Below, in pieces: positions 1 through 8,596 of a stretch of 53,275 nt of DNA. The position numbers and the translations under genes are program-made. This stretch comes from an uncultured Desulfuromonas sp. Its GTDB lineage: Bacteria > Desulfobacterota > Desulfuromonadia > Desulfuromonadales > Desulfuromonadaceae. Position 1 is the stretch's first letter. Every line of letters starts with the position of its first letter. The DNA lies in the NCBI GenBank assembly GCA_964444945.1, contig CAYUJC010000003.1, forward strand, positions 1 to 53,275. The letters run 5' to 3'. Below the pieces are notes generated by a model. It had not been told where the DNA came from and did not search any database. It saw only the letters and a list, made by a program, of their open reading frames with translations.

Positions 1-68
1 CCACCATCTTGCTCAATGAAACCAAAACCTTTTGCGTCATTGAACCACTTTACTGAACCTTGTGCCAT
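1..68 (-). CDS. cold-shock protein (CspA family), 5' part only; the gene runs off the left edge
   Basis: The reverse complement of 1-68 reads MAQGSVKWFNDAKGFGFIEQDGG. This is the cold-shock-domain N-terminus with the RNP-1 motif KGFGFI. An AAGGAG Shine-Dalgarno (complement of 78-83) lies about 9 nt upstream. It is absent from the ORF track because there is no stop in the window. Confidence 0.85.
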   Translation of the reverse strand, partial: MAQGSVKWFNDAKGFGFIEQDG

Positions 69-283
69 TGTTTCTAACTCCTTTTGTTGCCGATCGTATC
101 GGTCTGTTACTTCATTTCCAGCCGGATATCTGTGGAACGTTACGTACCATAAGTCAAAAGATCTCCGCACTAAACTGAAAATATAAGGCAACCTAACATG
201 GGGAGAACCATCATTGCAAGCATATTTTATTTTCCGGTGGAGTTTTTTGTGATTATGTCGTGGCGGCGGGCGCAACAGGTAAT

Positions 284-2608
284 TTATTCATGGGCGGAAA
301 TCAGTACTTCGCGCCCTTTGCTGGTTCCATCGGAGGGGCCGACGATACCCTCTTTTTCCATTTGTTCAATTATGCGCGCGGCGCGATTATAGCCAATCCG
401 CAGGCGACGCTGAACCATAGAGATGGAGGCCTGTTGCGCTTGAGACACCAGGGTGACTGCTTCATCCCAGCGCTCGTCATACTCTGCATCAATACTGTCA
501 GCGTCTGGGCCGTTTTCCGGCGGAGGGGTGAGGATGGCACTGTCGTATTCGGGCTTGGCTTGCCGGGCAAGAAATTCCACCACCCGCTGTACTTCCAGCT
601 CAGAGACAAATGCACCATGGACACGCTGCAGACTTCCGGTTCCCGGGGGTAAAAACAGCATGTCTCCCATTCCCAGGAGGGTCTCTGCCCCCATGCTGTC
701 GAGGATTGTTCTGGAGTCGATGCGCGAAAAAACCTTGAAGGAGATGCGCGTGGGGAAGTTGGCCTTGATGAGGCCGGTGATAACATCGACACTGGGGCGC
801 TGGGTCGCAAGAATCAGATGTATCCCCGCAGCTCGCGCCATCTGCGCCAGACGGGCAATATGCTCTTCGATTTCGCGCCCGGCAACCATCATGAGGTCTG
901 CAAGCTCGTCCACAATCACCACCAGGAAGGGGAGGTGCTCATGTTCTAGCTCTTCGGCGGGATTGGATGAGAGGTTGAATTCCGCATCGAAGGTTGTCGC
1001 GGCAGGATCCACCCCCATGGCATCGAGTGAATCCGCCTCATCTTCCTGTGCCGCTGTTGCCGCTTCGAGTCGGGCCAGACGTTCTTTGTCTTTCTGCTCT
1101 CTGGCCAGCTTTTTGTTGTAGCCGTCAATATTGCGCACCCCTTTATCCGCCATGAGTTTATAGCGTCGCTCCATTTCGCGCACCGCCCATCCCAGCGCCA
1201 GGGAAGCCTTTTTTGGATCGGTGACCACCGGCAGCAACAGGTGGGGTACCCCTTCATATATCGAGAGTTCCAGCATCTTGGGATCCACCAGGATAAGGCG
1301 CACATCCTCGGGGTTGGCCTTGTAGAGTAATGAGAGGATCATGGTGTTGATAGAAACCGATTTGCCGCTGCCGGTAGAGCCGGCCACCAGCAGATGCGGC
1401 ATTTTAGTCAGATCGGTGACAACTGGCTGGCCAAATATATCTTTGCCCAGAGCCAGCGGTAATCTGCCTCCGTGTCTGAGGAATTGATCCGAGGCTATTA
1501 CATCTTTGAGGTACAACGTTTCGCGGGATTTGTTGGGAATTTCTATCCCCACCACGCCCCGTCCCGGAATAGGGGCGACAATGCGGATGGAGGTAGCCCG
1601 CAGCGCCATGGAGAGGTCGTCAGACAGGCCGGCAATCCTGTTGACCTTTATGCCCGGTGCCGGCGCGAATTCGAACATGGTAACCACCGGACCGGGCTTG
1701 ACTTCCACCACCTCGCCGTTGACGTTGAAGTCCTTAAGTTTGTTTTCGAGGATACGCGCCATCGCCATCAGTGCCTCCCGGTCCACCGGTGGCGCGGCTT
1801 CACCGTCGTGATCCAGCAGTGACAGGGAGGGCATCCGGTAGGTGCCAGAGCTTTCAATGAAATCAAACGAGGCCTGAATTTCCTGTTCTGCTGCAAGTTT
1901 CGCGGCCTTATTTTTTTTCTTCGCGGTGTTTTTTCCCCTTGGTGCAGGGGGATTGATAACCAGTTCTGCACTTTTATCTTTTTCTTTTTCAGCACGGCGC
2001 AGCGCTTTTTTGTTCTGGCGCTGTTCAAGCCTGTGCGCCATCTGTTCACTGATGCCGGCAAAAAACAGGGTAAGGGAAAACCTGGTCATGATCATGGCCG
2101 AGACGATACACCCTGCGAGGAGGATCAGAGCAGACCCGGCGGTGTTGAGATATCCCGCCAGAAAATTGTGCAGCAGGCGGCCGACAGCGCCACCAGCTTC
2201 GGCAATTTTTTCTCCACCCAGATAGATGCTCTGCAGGCGGATGGCTAACAAACCGTCGCAGCACAGCAAAAAGACAGCAAAGGATCCAATTTTGTATGCG
2301 CGCAGCTTTATCGCGCGCGCGCGCAGCAGGCGCCACCCCAAAAAAAAGCACATCAGGGGCAGGAGCAGCGCGGGGATGCCGATAAATTGATAAAGGATGT
2401 CGGCGAGATGAGCTCCAACAATACCGCCGTAGTTGTAGATATGCTCTGGGGCCAGATTGTTGTTAAAGGAGGGATCGGAGTTCTTGAATGAAGCCAGGCA
2501 CAAGAGCAGATAGATACCGACGGTCAGCCAGGCCAGCGCGGTGATTTCACGCTGCAGGCGGTGCAATCGAGAAGTGTCAGGGGTCTTTTCCATGGGTATG
2601 TAACTCAA
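284..2608 (-). CDS. ftsK: DNA translocase FtsK/SpoIIIE
   Basis: 774-aa ORF. It has N-terminal TM segments and a Lys/Ala/Pro-rich linker. Walker A is GSTGSGKS and Walker B is LVVIVDELADLMM. The C-terminal gamma winged helix reads MVQRRLRIGYNRAARIIEQMEKEGIV. Confidence 0.96.
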   Translation of the reverse strand: MSYIPMEKTPDTSRLHRLQREITALAWLTVGIYLLLCLASFKNSDPSFNNNLAPEHIYNYGGIVGAHLADILYQFIGIPALLLPLMCFFLGWRLLRARAIKLRAYKIGSFAVFLLCCDGLLAIRLQSIYLGGEKIAEAGGAVGRLLHNFLAGYLNTAGSALILLAGCIVSAMIMTRFSLTLFFAGISEQMAHRLEQRQNKKALRRAEKEKDKSAELVINPPAPRGKNTAKKKNKAAKLAAEQEIQASFDFIESSGTYRMPSLSLLDHDGEAAPPVDREALMAMARILENKLKDFNVNGEVVEVKPGPVVTMFEFAPAPGIKVNRIAGLSDDLSMALRATSIRIVAPIPGRGVVGIEIPNKSRETLYLKDVIASDQFLRHGGRLPLALGKDIFGQPVVTDLTKMPHLLVAGSTGSGKSVSINTMILSLLYKANPEDVRLILVDPKMLELSIYEGVPHLLLPVVTDPKKASLALGWAVREMERRYKLMADKGVRNIDGYNKKLAREQKDKERLARLEAATAAQEDEADSLDAMGVDPAATTFDAEFNLSSNPAEELEHEHLPFLVVIVDELADLMMVAGREIEEHIARLAQMARAAGIHLILATQRPSVDVITGLIKANFPTRISFKVFSRIDSRTILDSMGAETLLGMGDMLFLPPGTGSLQRVHGAFVSELEVQRVVEFLARQAKPEYDSAILTPPPENGPDADSIDAEYDERWDEAVTLVSQAQQASISMVQRRLRIGYNRAARIIEQMEKEGIVGPSDGTSKGREVLISAHE

Positions 2609-2640
2609 AAAAAGGATAGATGTGCTACTGAATCAGGCAC

Positions 2641-3429
2641 CTACGATAGCATAAATACTGCGCTTGCAACAGCCCAGCAATACAGGGCAAAGACCCGCAG
2701 GCGCTGGCGTGCCAGAATTCCCAGCAGCATGCGGATAGCGCCCATCCCACTTAAAAATGCCATGGCGCCGCCAGCCAGATAGGTCGGAAGTTGCGCCGAG
2801 GACAGACTCTGCATGTCACCCAGAGATAACAGGGTGGCTCCGAAGATGGTCGGGAGCGACAGCAGGAAGGAAAACCGCGCGGCGCTGGCGGCGTCAACGC
2901 CGCGAAACAGCAGAACCGCGATGGTAGAGCCTGAGCGCGAGATCCCCGGAATGATGGCAAATGCCTGCACCAGACCGGTAAGAAAGGCATCTGTGAAGGT
3001 GAGCTTCTCTAGTGAGCGCTTGCCGTTGCGCCAGTGTTGCGCGACAAACAACAGGGCACCGGTTATCAGCAGCATCAATCCCACCAGCTGAATATTGTGG
3101 AACATCGCGGCAAACGTATCTTTAAAGGTCAGGCCGATAATTGCCGTTGGGATGGAACCGAAAATGATAAGGAGGAGCAGTTTGCGATATTCACCGGCTT
3201 GTGGCGCACTACTCCAGGGGGCCCGGAGCAGATTTTTAATATCGTTGTTGAAATAAAGGATTACGGCCACGAGGGTGCCAAAGTGGAGAATAATGTCAAA
3301 AAGGAGACCGGGCTGTTCAAAGCCGGTGATAAAGTACTGCGCAATTGCCAGGTGACCAGAGGAGGAGACCGGGAGAAATTCGGTCAGCCCCTGCAGCAGA
3401 CCGAGAAAGACCGCTTGCATCATATCCAT
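2641..3429 (-). CDS. uppP: undecaprenyl-diphosphate phosphatase (BacA/UppP)
   Basis: 262-aa polytopic membrane ORF with the family motifs EFLPVSSSGHL and PGISRSGSTI. Confidence 0.95.
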   Translation of the reverse strand: MDMMQAVFLGLLQGLTEFLPVSSSGHLAIAQYFITGFEQPGLLFDIILHFGTLVAVILYFNNDIKNLLRAPWSSAPQAGEYRKLLLLIIFGSIPTAIIGLTFKDTFAAMFHNIQLVGLMLLITGALLFVAQHWRNGKRSLEKLTFTDAFLTGLVQAFAIIPGISRSGSTIAVLLFRGVDAASAARFSFLLSLPTIFGATLLSLGDMQSLSSAQLPTYLAGGAMAFLSGMGAIRMLLGILARQRLRVFALYCWAVASAVFMLS

Positions 3430-3451
3430 GAAAGAATATCCTTAGTTTGGT

Positions 3452-5173
3452 TTAATGGTAGTGTATTGCCGGAACGATCAGGGGGCGATACCCCAGCGTT
3501 TGTTTACATGCTCTGGCGCTGGCGTCCTGAATTGTTGTGTGTAACGGCGTATGCTCTGCGTCTGCCGGCGCAGAGGAGAAATCCGTCAGCTCCTCTGTCG
3601 TCATCTCTGCCAGGATCTTTCTTATGCGGGCGCTGATTTCGGTACGAAGAAGGGAGTGCACCGCAGCGCTGTTGATGCCGCAGAAGTGGATTGTTGGTTC
3701 AGAGCTTAGCCGCCTTAATTCGCTGTTTACACACAGAAATACCAGCACGCAGCCGCCTGTCCCCATGCGTTTGCGCTCCTGCAGCTGTGCTGGCGCGATT
3801 GAAGTCAGGGTGTGCATCTCAATGGGGCGAGGGGTGCAGTGGATCGGCTGTTCTCGCCTGAATCCGTTGCATGAGAGTACCACCCCTGTGCCATCCTGGA
3901 GAATCAGGGTGTTTTGCGCCTTGACGCCACATTCCTGCGCGAGTTTTGCGTGTTGCCCCAGGTGGCGCGTTTCACCGTGAAGCGGGATGAAAAACTGTGG
4001 CCTGACCAGGGAAATTATTTGGCGCAATTCTTCCGCACAGGCGTGTCCGCTGACATGAACGTGCGCAGTGGCACCGCTGTAGGTCTGCGCGCCAAGGTGT
4101 TCCAGTTGGTTCATGAGGGTGTTGACCTGAACCTCGTTGCCGGGGATGGTGCGCGCGGAGATGACTACAGCATCATCGGGACGGACAGCAAAATTCGGGT
4201 GCGTTCCCAGAGAAATTCTGCGCATGGCGCTGCCGGGTTCGCCCTGACATCCGGAAGCTATTATGCACAGCCTGTCTCTGTCAAGATGTTCCGCTGCGTG
4301 GCTGTCAATAATAGCGTCAGGACTGACACGCAGATGTCCGGCTCTGCGCGCAGCATTGACGTTACTGATTAAGCCCCGTCCGAGCAGGACAAGCTTGCGC
4401 CCCGCCTGCTGTGCGGTTGCCATCACCAACTGAAGGCGGTGGATGCTGGAGGAAAAGGTGGAGATGTATACGGCGCCACGACATGTGTGCATGATGTGCT
4501 CAAACGTGGGGCGCAGCGAACGCTCCGAGCCGCTGAATCCGGGCTGTGCGGCATTGGTGGAGTCGGCTATAAGGGCAAGTACACCGGTATCGGCATAGCG
4601 TGCCAGGGTGGCTACGTCAGTGGGTACTCCATCAAGGGGGGTGCTGTCCAGTTTGAAATCACCACTGTGGATGATGCACCCGGCAGCGGTTGTCAGGGCC
4701 AGTCCCACCCCTGCGGGTATTGAGTGGGCTGCGCTGAAGGGCTCAATCTGAAACGGGCCACACCTGAATTTCTGGCGGGGATATATTGCCTGCAGCGGGC
4801 AGGAGCCGGAAAATCCACGTTCATCCAGACGTGCGCGAATCAGTTCAAGGGTAAAGGGGGTAGCGAAGACCACAGGGGTGCCCAAGTCGTTGAGTACGAA
4901 GGGGAGCGCGCCGATGTGGTCTTCGTGGCCATGGGTGATAACTATGCCACATATCCTGCTGCGATGTTGTTGCAGCCAGGAGATGTCCGGCACCGAAAAG
5001 TCCACCCCCCAGGCTTCAGGTCCGCTGAACTTCAGGCCACAGTCGATAATCAAGATGCTTTCCATGTGTTCCACCACCAGCAGGTTCATCCCGATTTCGC
5101 CCGCACCACCGAGGGGAAGAATGCGGACAAGATCATCTCTTTCGTTGATAACGGTGTGGCTTTGGCTGTGCAT
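3452..5173 (-). CDS. rnj: ribonuclease J (metallo-beta-lactamase / beta-CASP RNase)
   Basis: 573-aa ORF. The N-terminus is LPLGGAGEIGMN and the MBL motif is HGHEDHIGALP. Length and C-terminal domain are typical of RNase J. Confidence 0.9.
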   Translation of the reverse strand: MHSQSHTVINERDDLVRILPLGGAGEIGMNLLVVEHMESILIIDCGLKFSGPEAWGVDFSVPDISWLQQHRSRICGIVITHGHEDHIGALPFVLNDLGTPVVFATPFTLELIRARLDERGFSGSCPLQAIYPRQKFRCGPFQIEPFSAAHSIPAGVGLALTTAAGCIIHSGDFKLDSTPLDGVPTDVATLARYADTGVLALIADSTNAAQPGFSGSERSLRPTFEHIMHTCRGAVYISTFSSSIHRLQLVMATAQQAGRKLVLLGRGLISNVNAARRAGHLRVSPDAIIDSHAAEHLDRDRLCIIASGCQGEPGSAMRRISLGTHPNFAVRPDDAVVISARTIPGNEVQVNTLMNQLEHLGAQTYSGATAHVHVSGHACAEELRQIISLVRPQFFIPLHGETRHLGQHAKLAQECGVKAQNTLILQDGTGVVLSCNGFRREQPIHCTPRPIEMHTLTSIAPAQLQERKRMGTGGCVLVFLCVNSELRRLSSEPTIHFCGINSAAVHSLLRTEISARIRKILAEMTTEELTDFSSAPADAEHTPLHTTIQDASARACKQTLGYRPLIVPAIHYH

Positions 5174-5373
5174 ATGGAAGTTTGCCTATGAAGTTTAGCT
5201 GTGGCCGCAACGCCACTATGGAATATTGTGGTGGGGGTGTTTTTTCTTCATGTTAACGCTTATGCGGTACAATATGCGAAACTCTACACTTTCAGGGCTG
5301 ATTTTACAATATTTCAATCCACAGACAATTAAGCTGTAACGGGCGAAAAATACCCCCGATAGCATTGTTTTAG

Positions 5374-5402
5374 TTGACAGTTTCTGCTGGCTCCGGTAAC
5401 TT
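5374..5402 (+). promoter_or_regulatory. candidate sigma70-type promoter for rpsU (TTGACA-17 nt-TAACTT)
   Basis: TTGACA lies at 5374-5379, followed by a 17-nt spacer and TAACTT at 5397-5402. This is about 55 nt upstream of the rpsU start. Motif match only. Confidence 0.45.
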
Positions 5403-5457
5403 GCCCAACCCGCGCTGTGAAAAAAAGCGGAGTATGACGGAAGCGAGGTGAAGAGTA

Positions 5458-5652
5458 TTGGAAATACAGGTAATGGATAATAACGTGGAAAAAGCTATCC
5501 GCGTGCTGAAGCGAAAGCTGCAGCAAGAGGGGCTTTTCCGCGAGATGAAACGGCGGAAGTTTTACGAGAAGCCGAGTGTCAAACGGAAGCGTAAAGAAAA
5601 AGAGGCTCAGCGGCGTCTGCGGAAGAAGATGCGGCAGATGCAGAGTTATTAA
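5458..5652 (+). CDS. rpsU: 30S ribosomal protein S21
   Basis: 64-aa basic ORF, (M)EIQVMDNNVEKAIRVLKRKLQQEGLFREMKRRKFYEKPSVKRKRKEKEA. This is a typical S21 sequence. The start codon is TTG. Confidence 0.93.
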   Translation: MEIQVMDNNVEKAIRVLKRKLQQEGLFREMKRRKFYEKPSVKRKRKEKEAQRRLRKKMRQMQSY

Positions 5653-5738
5653 TGTAGCGTTGCTGCACCCATTACCGCTGTACCAATATATCTGGCAGCG
5701 GTAAAGTCAGGCTCGCATCCGTCACGCAAGTGCCATGT

Positions 5739-5776
5739 ATCCATGCCCATGCATCCATGCATCCATGCATCCATGC
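5739..5776. repeat. tandem octamer repeat (ATCCATGC)n: 4 perfect units plus one truncated unit
   Basis: Read directly: atccatgc ccatgc atccatgc atccatgc atccatgc. This creates ATGCAT palindromes phased every 8 bp. It lies in the rpsU 3' region, upstream of the terminator. Confidence 0.9.
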
Positions 5777-5816
5777 ATATAATGGAGCTTGTGTAGGCAG
5801 CTTGTTCAGCCTTAAC

Positions 5817-5850
5817 AAAAAAGGGAGGTCATATATGACCTCCCTTTTTT
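5817..5850 (+). terminator. rho-independent terminator (perfect palindrome, potentially bidirectional) after rpsU
   Basis: aaaaAAGGGAGGTCATatATGACCTCCCTTtttttg. The stem is 12 bp, flanked by an A-tract and a T-tract. Confidence 0.85.
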
Positions 5851-5934
5851 GTTGTCAAACACCCGATTGTTGATACTGTAATACTCTTGCAGCTGGCCCT
5901 GTTCAGGTTTAGGGAGGAAAACCATGGAGCTTGC

Positions 5935-6717
5935 ATGGCCTTAACACTTTTTTTTATCAGTTGTGTCGGGGGATTTGTCTCCGGCCTGCTGGGGGTAGGG
6001 GGAGCAGTGATTCTTATCCCGCTGCTTCTCTCTGTTCCCCCTTTGGTCGGGGTCGGAGCCTTGAGTATCCACAGCGTCAGTGCGATCACCATGCTCCAGG
6101 TGCTGGTGACGTCGGCGCTGGGAACATTCATTCACCGCCGCGCCGGGAATGTCCATGCCCCCAGTATTATGCTGATCGGGATACCGCTGGGGCTGTGCGC
6201 CCTGCTGGGTGCCGTGCTTTCCAGGTATGTAGTTGCGGATGTGCTGTTGCTTGTGTTCGGGATTCTGGTGCTGATCCCGTTTTTCATTTTTCCTCCGAAG
6301 GAAAAGGTCGCCTCGCGCGGCAGAGATGATCTCTTCCGTCCGCACCCGGGCGGGGGTGTGGCAGTAGGCGCAGCCGTTGGGCTTGTCTCTGGCTTGGTTG
6401 GCGCAGGCGGGGGCTTTGTTCTGGTGCCGTTGCTGGTCACACTGTTAAAGTTTCCCCTTAAGCTGGCAGTAGGTTCGAGCCTTGGCATCGTGCTTATCGG
6501 GGCGCTGCTGGGCTCCGCGGGAAAAATTGCCACGCTGCAGGTGCAGTGGGGCTACGCGGTGCCGGTTCTGCTTGGCTCTGTGCCCATGGTTCATCTCGGT
6601 TCAAGCTTGTGTCGCCATCTTCCCTCCCGTTATCTCCGCCTTCTGTTCCTGACCCTGCTGGTCCTGGTCGCGCTGGATACCTGGGGAAATATCTTATGGC
6701 GTTCAGGCTGGATGTAG
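5935..6717 (+). CDS. sulfite exporter TauE/SafE family membrane protein
   Basis: Polytopic membrane ORF with two copies of the TauE-type repeat (GFVSGLLGVGGAVILIPLL and GLVSGLVGAGGGFVLVPLL). The track ORF starts at TTG 5887. I prefer ATG 5935 (MALTLFFISCVGG...), so the start is uncertain. Confidence 0.85.
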   Translation: MALTLFFISCVGGFVSGLLGVGGAVILIPLLLSVPPLVGVGALSIHSVSAITMLQVLVTSALGTFIHRRAGNVHAPSIMLIGIPLGLCALLGAVLSRYVVADVLLLVFGILVLIPFFIFPPKEKVASRGRDDLFRPHPGGGVAVGAAVGLVSGLVGAGGGFVLVPLLVTLLKFPLKLAVGSSLGIVLIGALLGSAGKIATLQVQWGYAVPVLLGSVPMVHLGSSLCRHLPSRYLRLLFLTLLVLVALDTWGNILWRSGWM

Positions 6718-6831
6718 ATATCTTTAACATGCCGGACGTTGCCTTGTTTTTTGCGTTCTGCATCGTTTCTTCTGGTTGAAATGCAGAAGATGTTCGGCGT
6801 ATGAGATGCTCGGCCCAGGGGATATCCAGTT

Positions 6832-8526
6832 ATGGAAGCGCTCAGCTCTGATCAGGTAACGATCATGTTTTTCTCTCTGGCCGTGCTTTTGTGCGTGGCT
6901 CGAGGGTTGGGTGAGCTTGCGCAGCGTCTGCGGCAGCCCTCTGTTTTAGGGGAGCTTCTGGCCGGAGTTCTTCTCGGGCCCACCATCCTTGGGCGGATAG
7001 CGCCGCATATCAACGCGACGTTGTTTCCCCTCCATGGAGTCAATGCCATTGCGCTTGAGAGCATCTCCACCCTGGCCATCGGCTTGTTTCTTCTGGTGGC
7101 GGGGATGGAAGTGGATTTGTCCACAGCGTGGAAGCAGGGGAAAACCGGCGGGAAAATAGGGTTGAGCAGCATCGTTTTTCCCTTTGTGGTTGCAGTTATG
7201 GCGGCGTTTCTTATCCCCGAAACTCTGGGACGCAAACCAGACTCAGATCCGCTGGTGTTCGCCCTGTTCTTTGCCATTGCGATCTCCATCTCCGCGCTGC
7301 CCATTATCGCCAGAACCCTGATCGATATGGGGTTGTACCGCAGTGATCTCGGGATGGTGGTGATGAGTGCCGCAATTCTCAATGATATTATCGGCTGGGT
7401 GGTGTTCGCGGTTATCCTCGGTTTTTTGAGTGGGGCGAGCGGTGCCGGGGCAGATATCGCCGTGACTCTGGCGCTGACCCTGCTCTTTATTACCGGGATG
7501 CTCACGTTCGGACGCTATTTGATTCATCGAGTGCTCCCTTTTGTGCAGGCCTATACGCGTTGGCCCGGCGGTGAACTCAGCTTTGCCCTGATATTGGGGC
7601 TGCTGGGGGCGGCTTTTACCGAGTTGATCGGTATTCACGCCATTCTGGGGGCGTTTATCGTCGGAGTCGCCATTGGCGACTCGTCCCATTTGCGCGAGCG
7701 CAGCCGCGCCATCATCGGCGATTTTGTCTCCTTTATTTTTGCGCCCGTGTTTTTCGCCAGTATCGGTCTTAAGGTGGATTTTTTCGCCCATTTCGATCCG
7801 GTTCTGGTCATGGTGGTGCTGCTGCTGGCATGCACCTGCAAACTTATCGGCGGAACCCTGGGAGCCCGCTGGGGAGGGATGGCGCGGCAGGAATCTCTGG
7901 CAGTGGGGTTTGCCATGGTTTCTGTTGGGGCCATGGGGATTATTGTGGGCATCATTGCGCTCAATGCCGGAATTATTGACGAACGGTTGTTTATCGCCTT
8001 GGTCATTATGGCTATGGTGACCTCCATGATCAGTGGCCCTTCGATGCGCCTGGTGCTGCACACAGAGAAAAAGATCATGCTGCGTGAGGTGTTGTCGGCA
8101 AAGCTGTTTCTGCGCGATTTGACCGCAGTAACGCGGCGGCAGGTGATTCATGAGCTGACTGCAGCGGTGAGTGAAGTGGGCGCCCTTGATCCTGCGCCGC
8201 TGGAGGCCGCCGTATGGGCGCGGGAAGAGGCGATGAGCACCGGGGTAGGCAACCGGGTGGCGCTGCCCCATGCCCGGATTGCCGGACTCAAGCAGGTGTG
8301 GGTGGCTGTGGGGCTCTCCTCCCGGGGGATTGACTTTGACGCCCCCGATGGCAAGCCGGCCAACCTTATTTTTCTAGTGCTGACTCCTGCAGATGACCCC
8401 GGCACTCAGCTGGATATCGTCGCCCAGATCACTCGGCTCTTCCGCTCTCAAAAGTGTGTCGATGCAGCGTTGCGCACCGCGACCTTTACCGATTTTCTCG
8501 CCCTGCTGCATACGGAGCCGCAGTGA
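6832..8526 (+). CDS. cation:proton antiporter (CPA2 / Na_H_Exchanger family) fused to a C-terminal PTS EIIA type-2 (EIIA-Ntr-like) domain
   Basis: 564-aa ORF. About 400 aa form a Kef/NapA-like TM domain. The C-terminal ~150 aa are LFLRDLTAVTRRQVIHELT...GNRVALPHARIAG...ANLIFLVLTP, typical of PTS_EIIA_2 with the conserved His in the PHAR context. Confidence 0.88.
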   Translation: MEALSSDQVTIMFFSLAVLLCVARGLGELAQRLRQPSVLGELLAGVLLGPTILGRIAPHINATLFPLHGVNAIALESISTLAIGLFLLVAGMEVDLSTAWKQGKTGGKIGLSSIVFPFVVAVMAAFLIPETLGRKPDSDPLVFALFFAIAISISALPIIARTLIDMGLYRSDLGMVVMSAAILNDIIGWVVFAVILGFLSGASGAGADIAVTLALTLLFITGMLTFGRYLIHRVLPFVQAYTRWPGGELSFALILGLLGAAFTELIGIHAILGAFIVGVAIGDSSHLRERSRAIIGDFVSFIFAPVFFASIGLKVDFFAHFDPVLVMVVLLLACTCKLIGGTLGARWGGMARQESLAVGFAMVSVGAMGIIVGIIALNAGIIDERLFIALVIMAMVTSMISGPSMRLVLHTEKKIMLREVLSAKLFLRDLTAVTRRQVIHELTAAVSEVGALDPAPLEAAVWAREEAMSTGVGNRVALPHARIAGLKQVWVAVGLSSRGIDFDAPDGKPANLIFLVLTPADDPGTQLDIVAQITRLFRSQKCVDAALRTATFTDFLALLHTEPQ

Positions 8527-8534
8527 CTGCGCAC

Positions 8535-8568
8535 AAAAAAGTGCGGCCCCAATGGATGGAGGCCGCAC
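8535..8568 (-). terminator. rho-independent terminator downstream of gap (minus-strand sense)
   Basis: The stem is GTGCGGCC (8541-8548) paired with GGCCGCAC (8561-8568), with a 12-nt loop. The A6 tract at 8535-8540 becomes a U-tract on the minus-strand transcript. Confidence 0.6.
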
Positions 8569-8596
8569 GTGAGTTTCCAAAAAACAGCAAGGTTTA

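Noticed and set aside
5739-5776. Possible CRISPR-like array
   Set aside because: The units are 8 nt with no spacers. This is a simple tandem repeat, not a repeat-spacer architecture, and no cas genes are in the window.
5735-5782. 15-codon ORF MYPCPCIHASMHPCI encoded by the octamer repeat
   Set aside because: It has no Shine-Dalgarno, and the Cys/His/Pro pattern is a by-product of translating ATCCATGC repeats. An 8-nt unit would shift frame with any copy-number change.
7243-8271. 342-aa ORF antisense to the antiporter gene
   Set aside because: It is entirely embedded opposite a well-supported membrane-protein gene. The product is His/Arg/Gln/Gly-rich with no family resemblance. This is a typical shadow ORF of GC-rich DNA.
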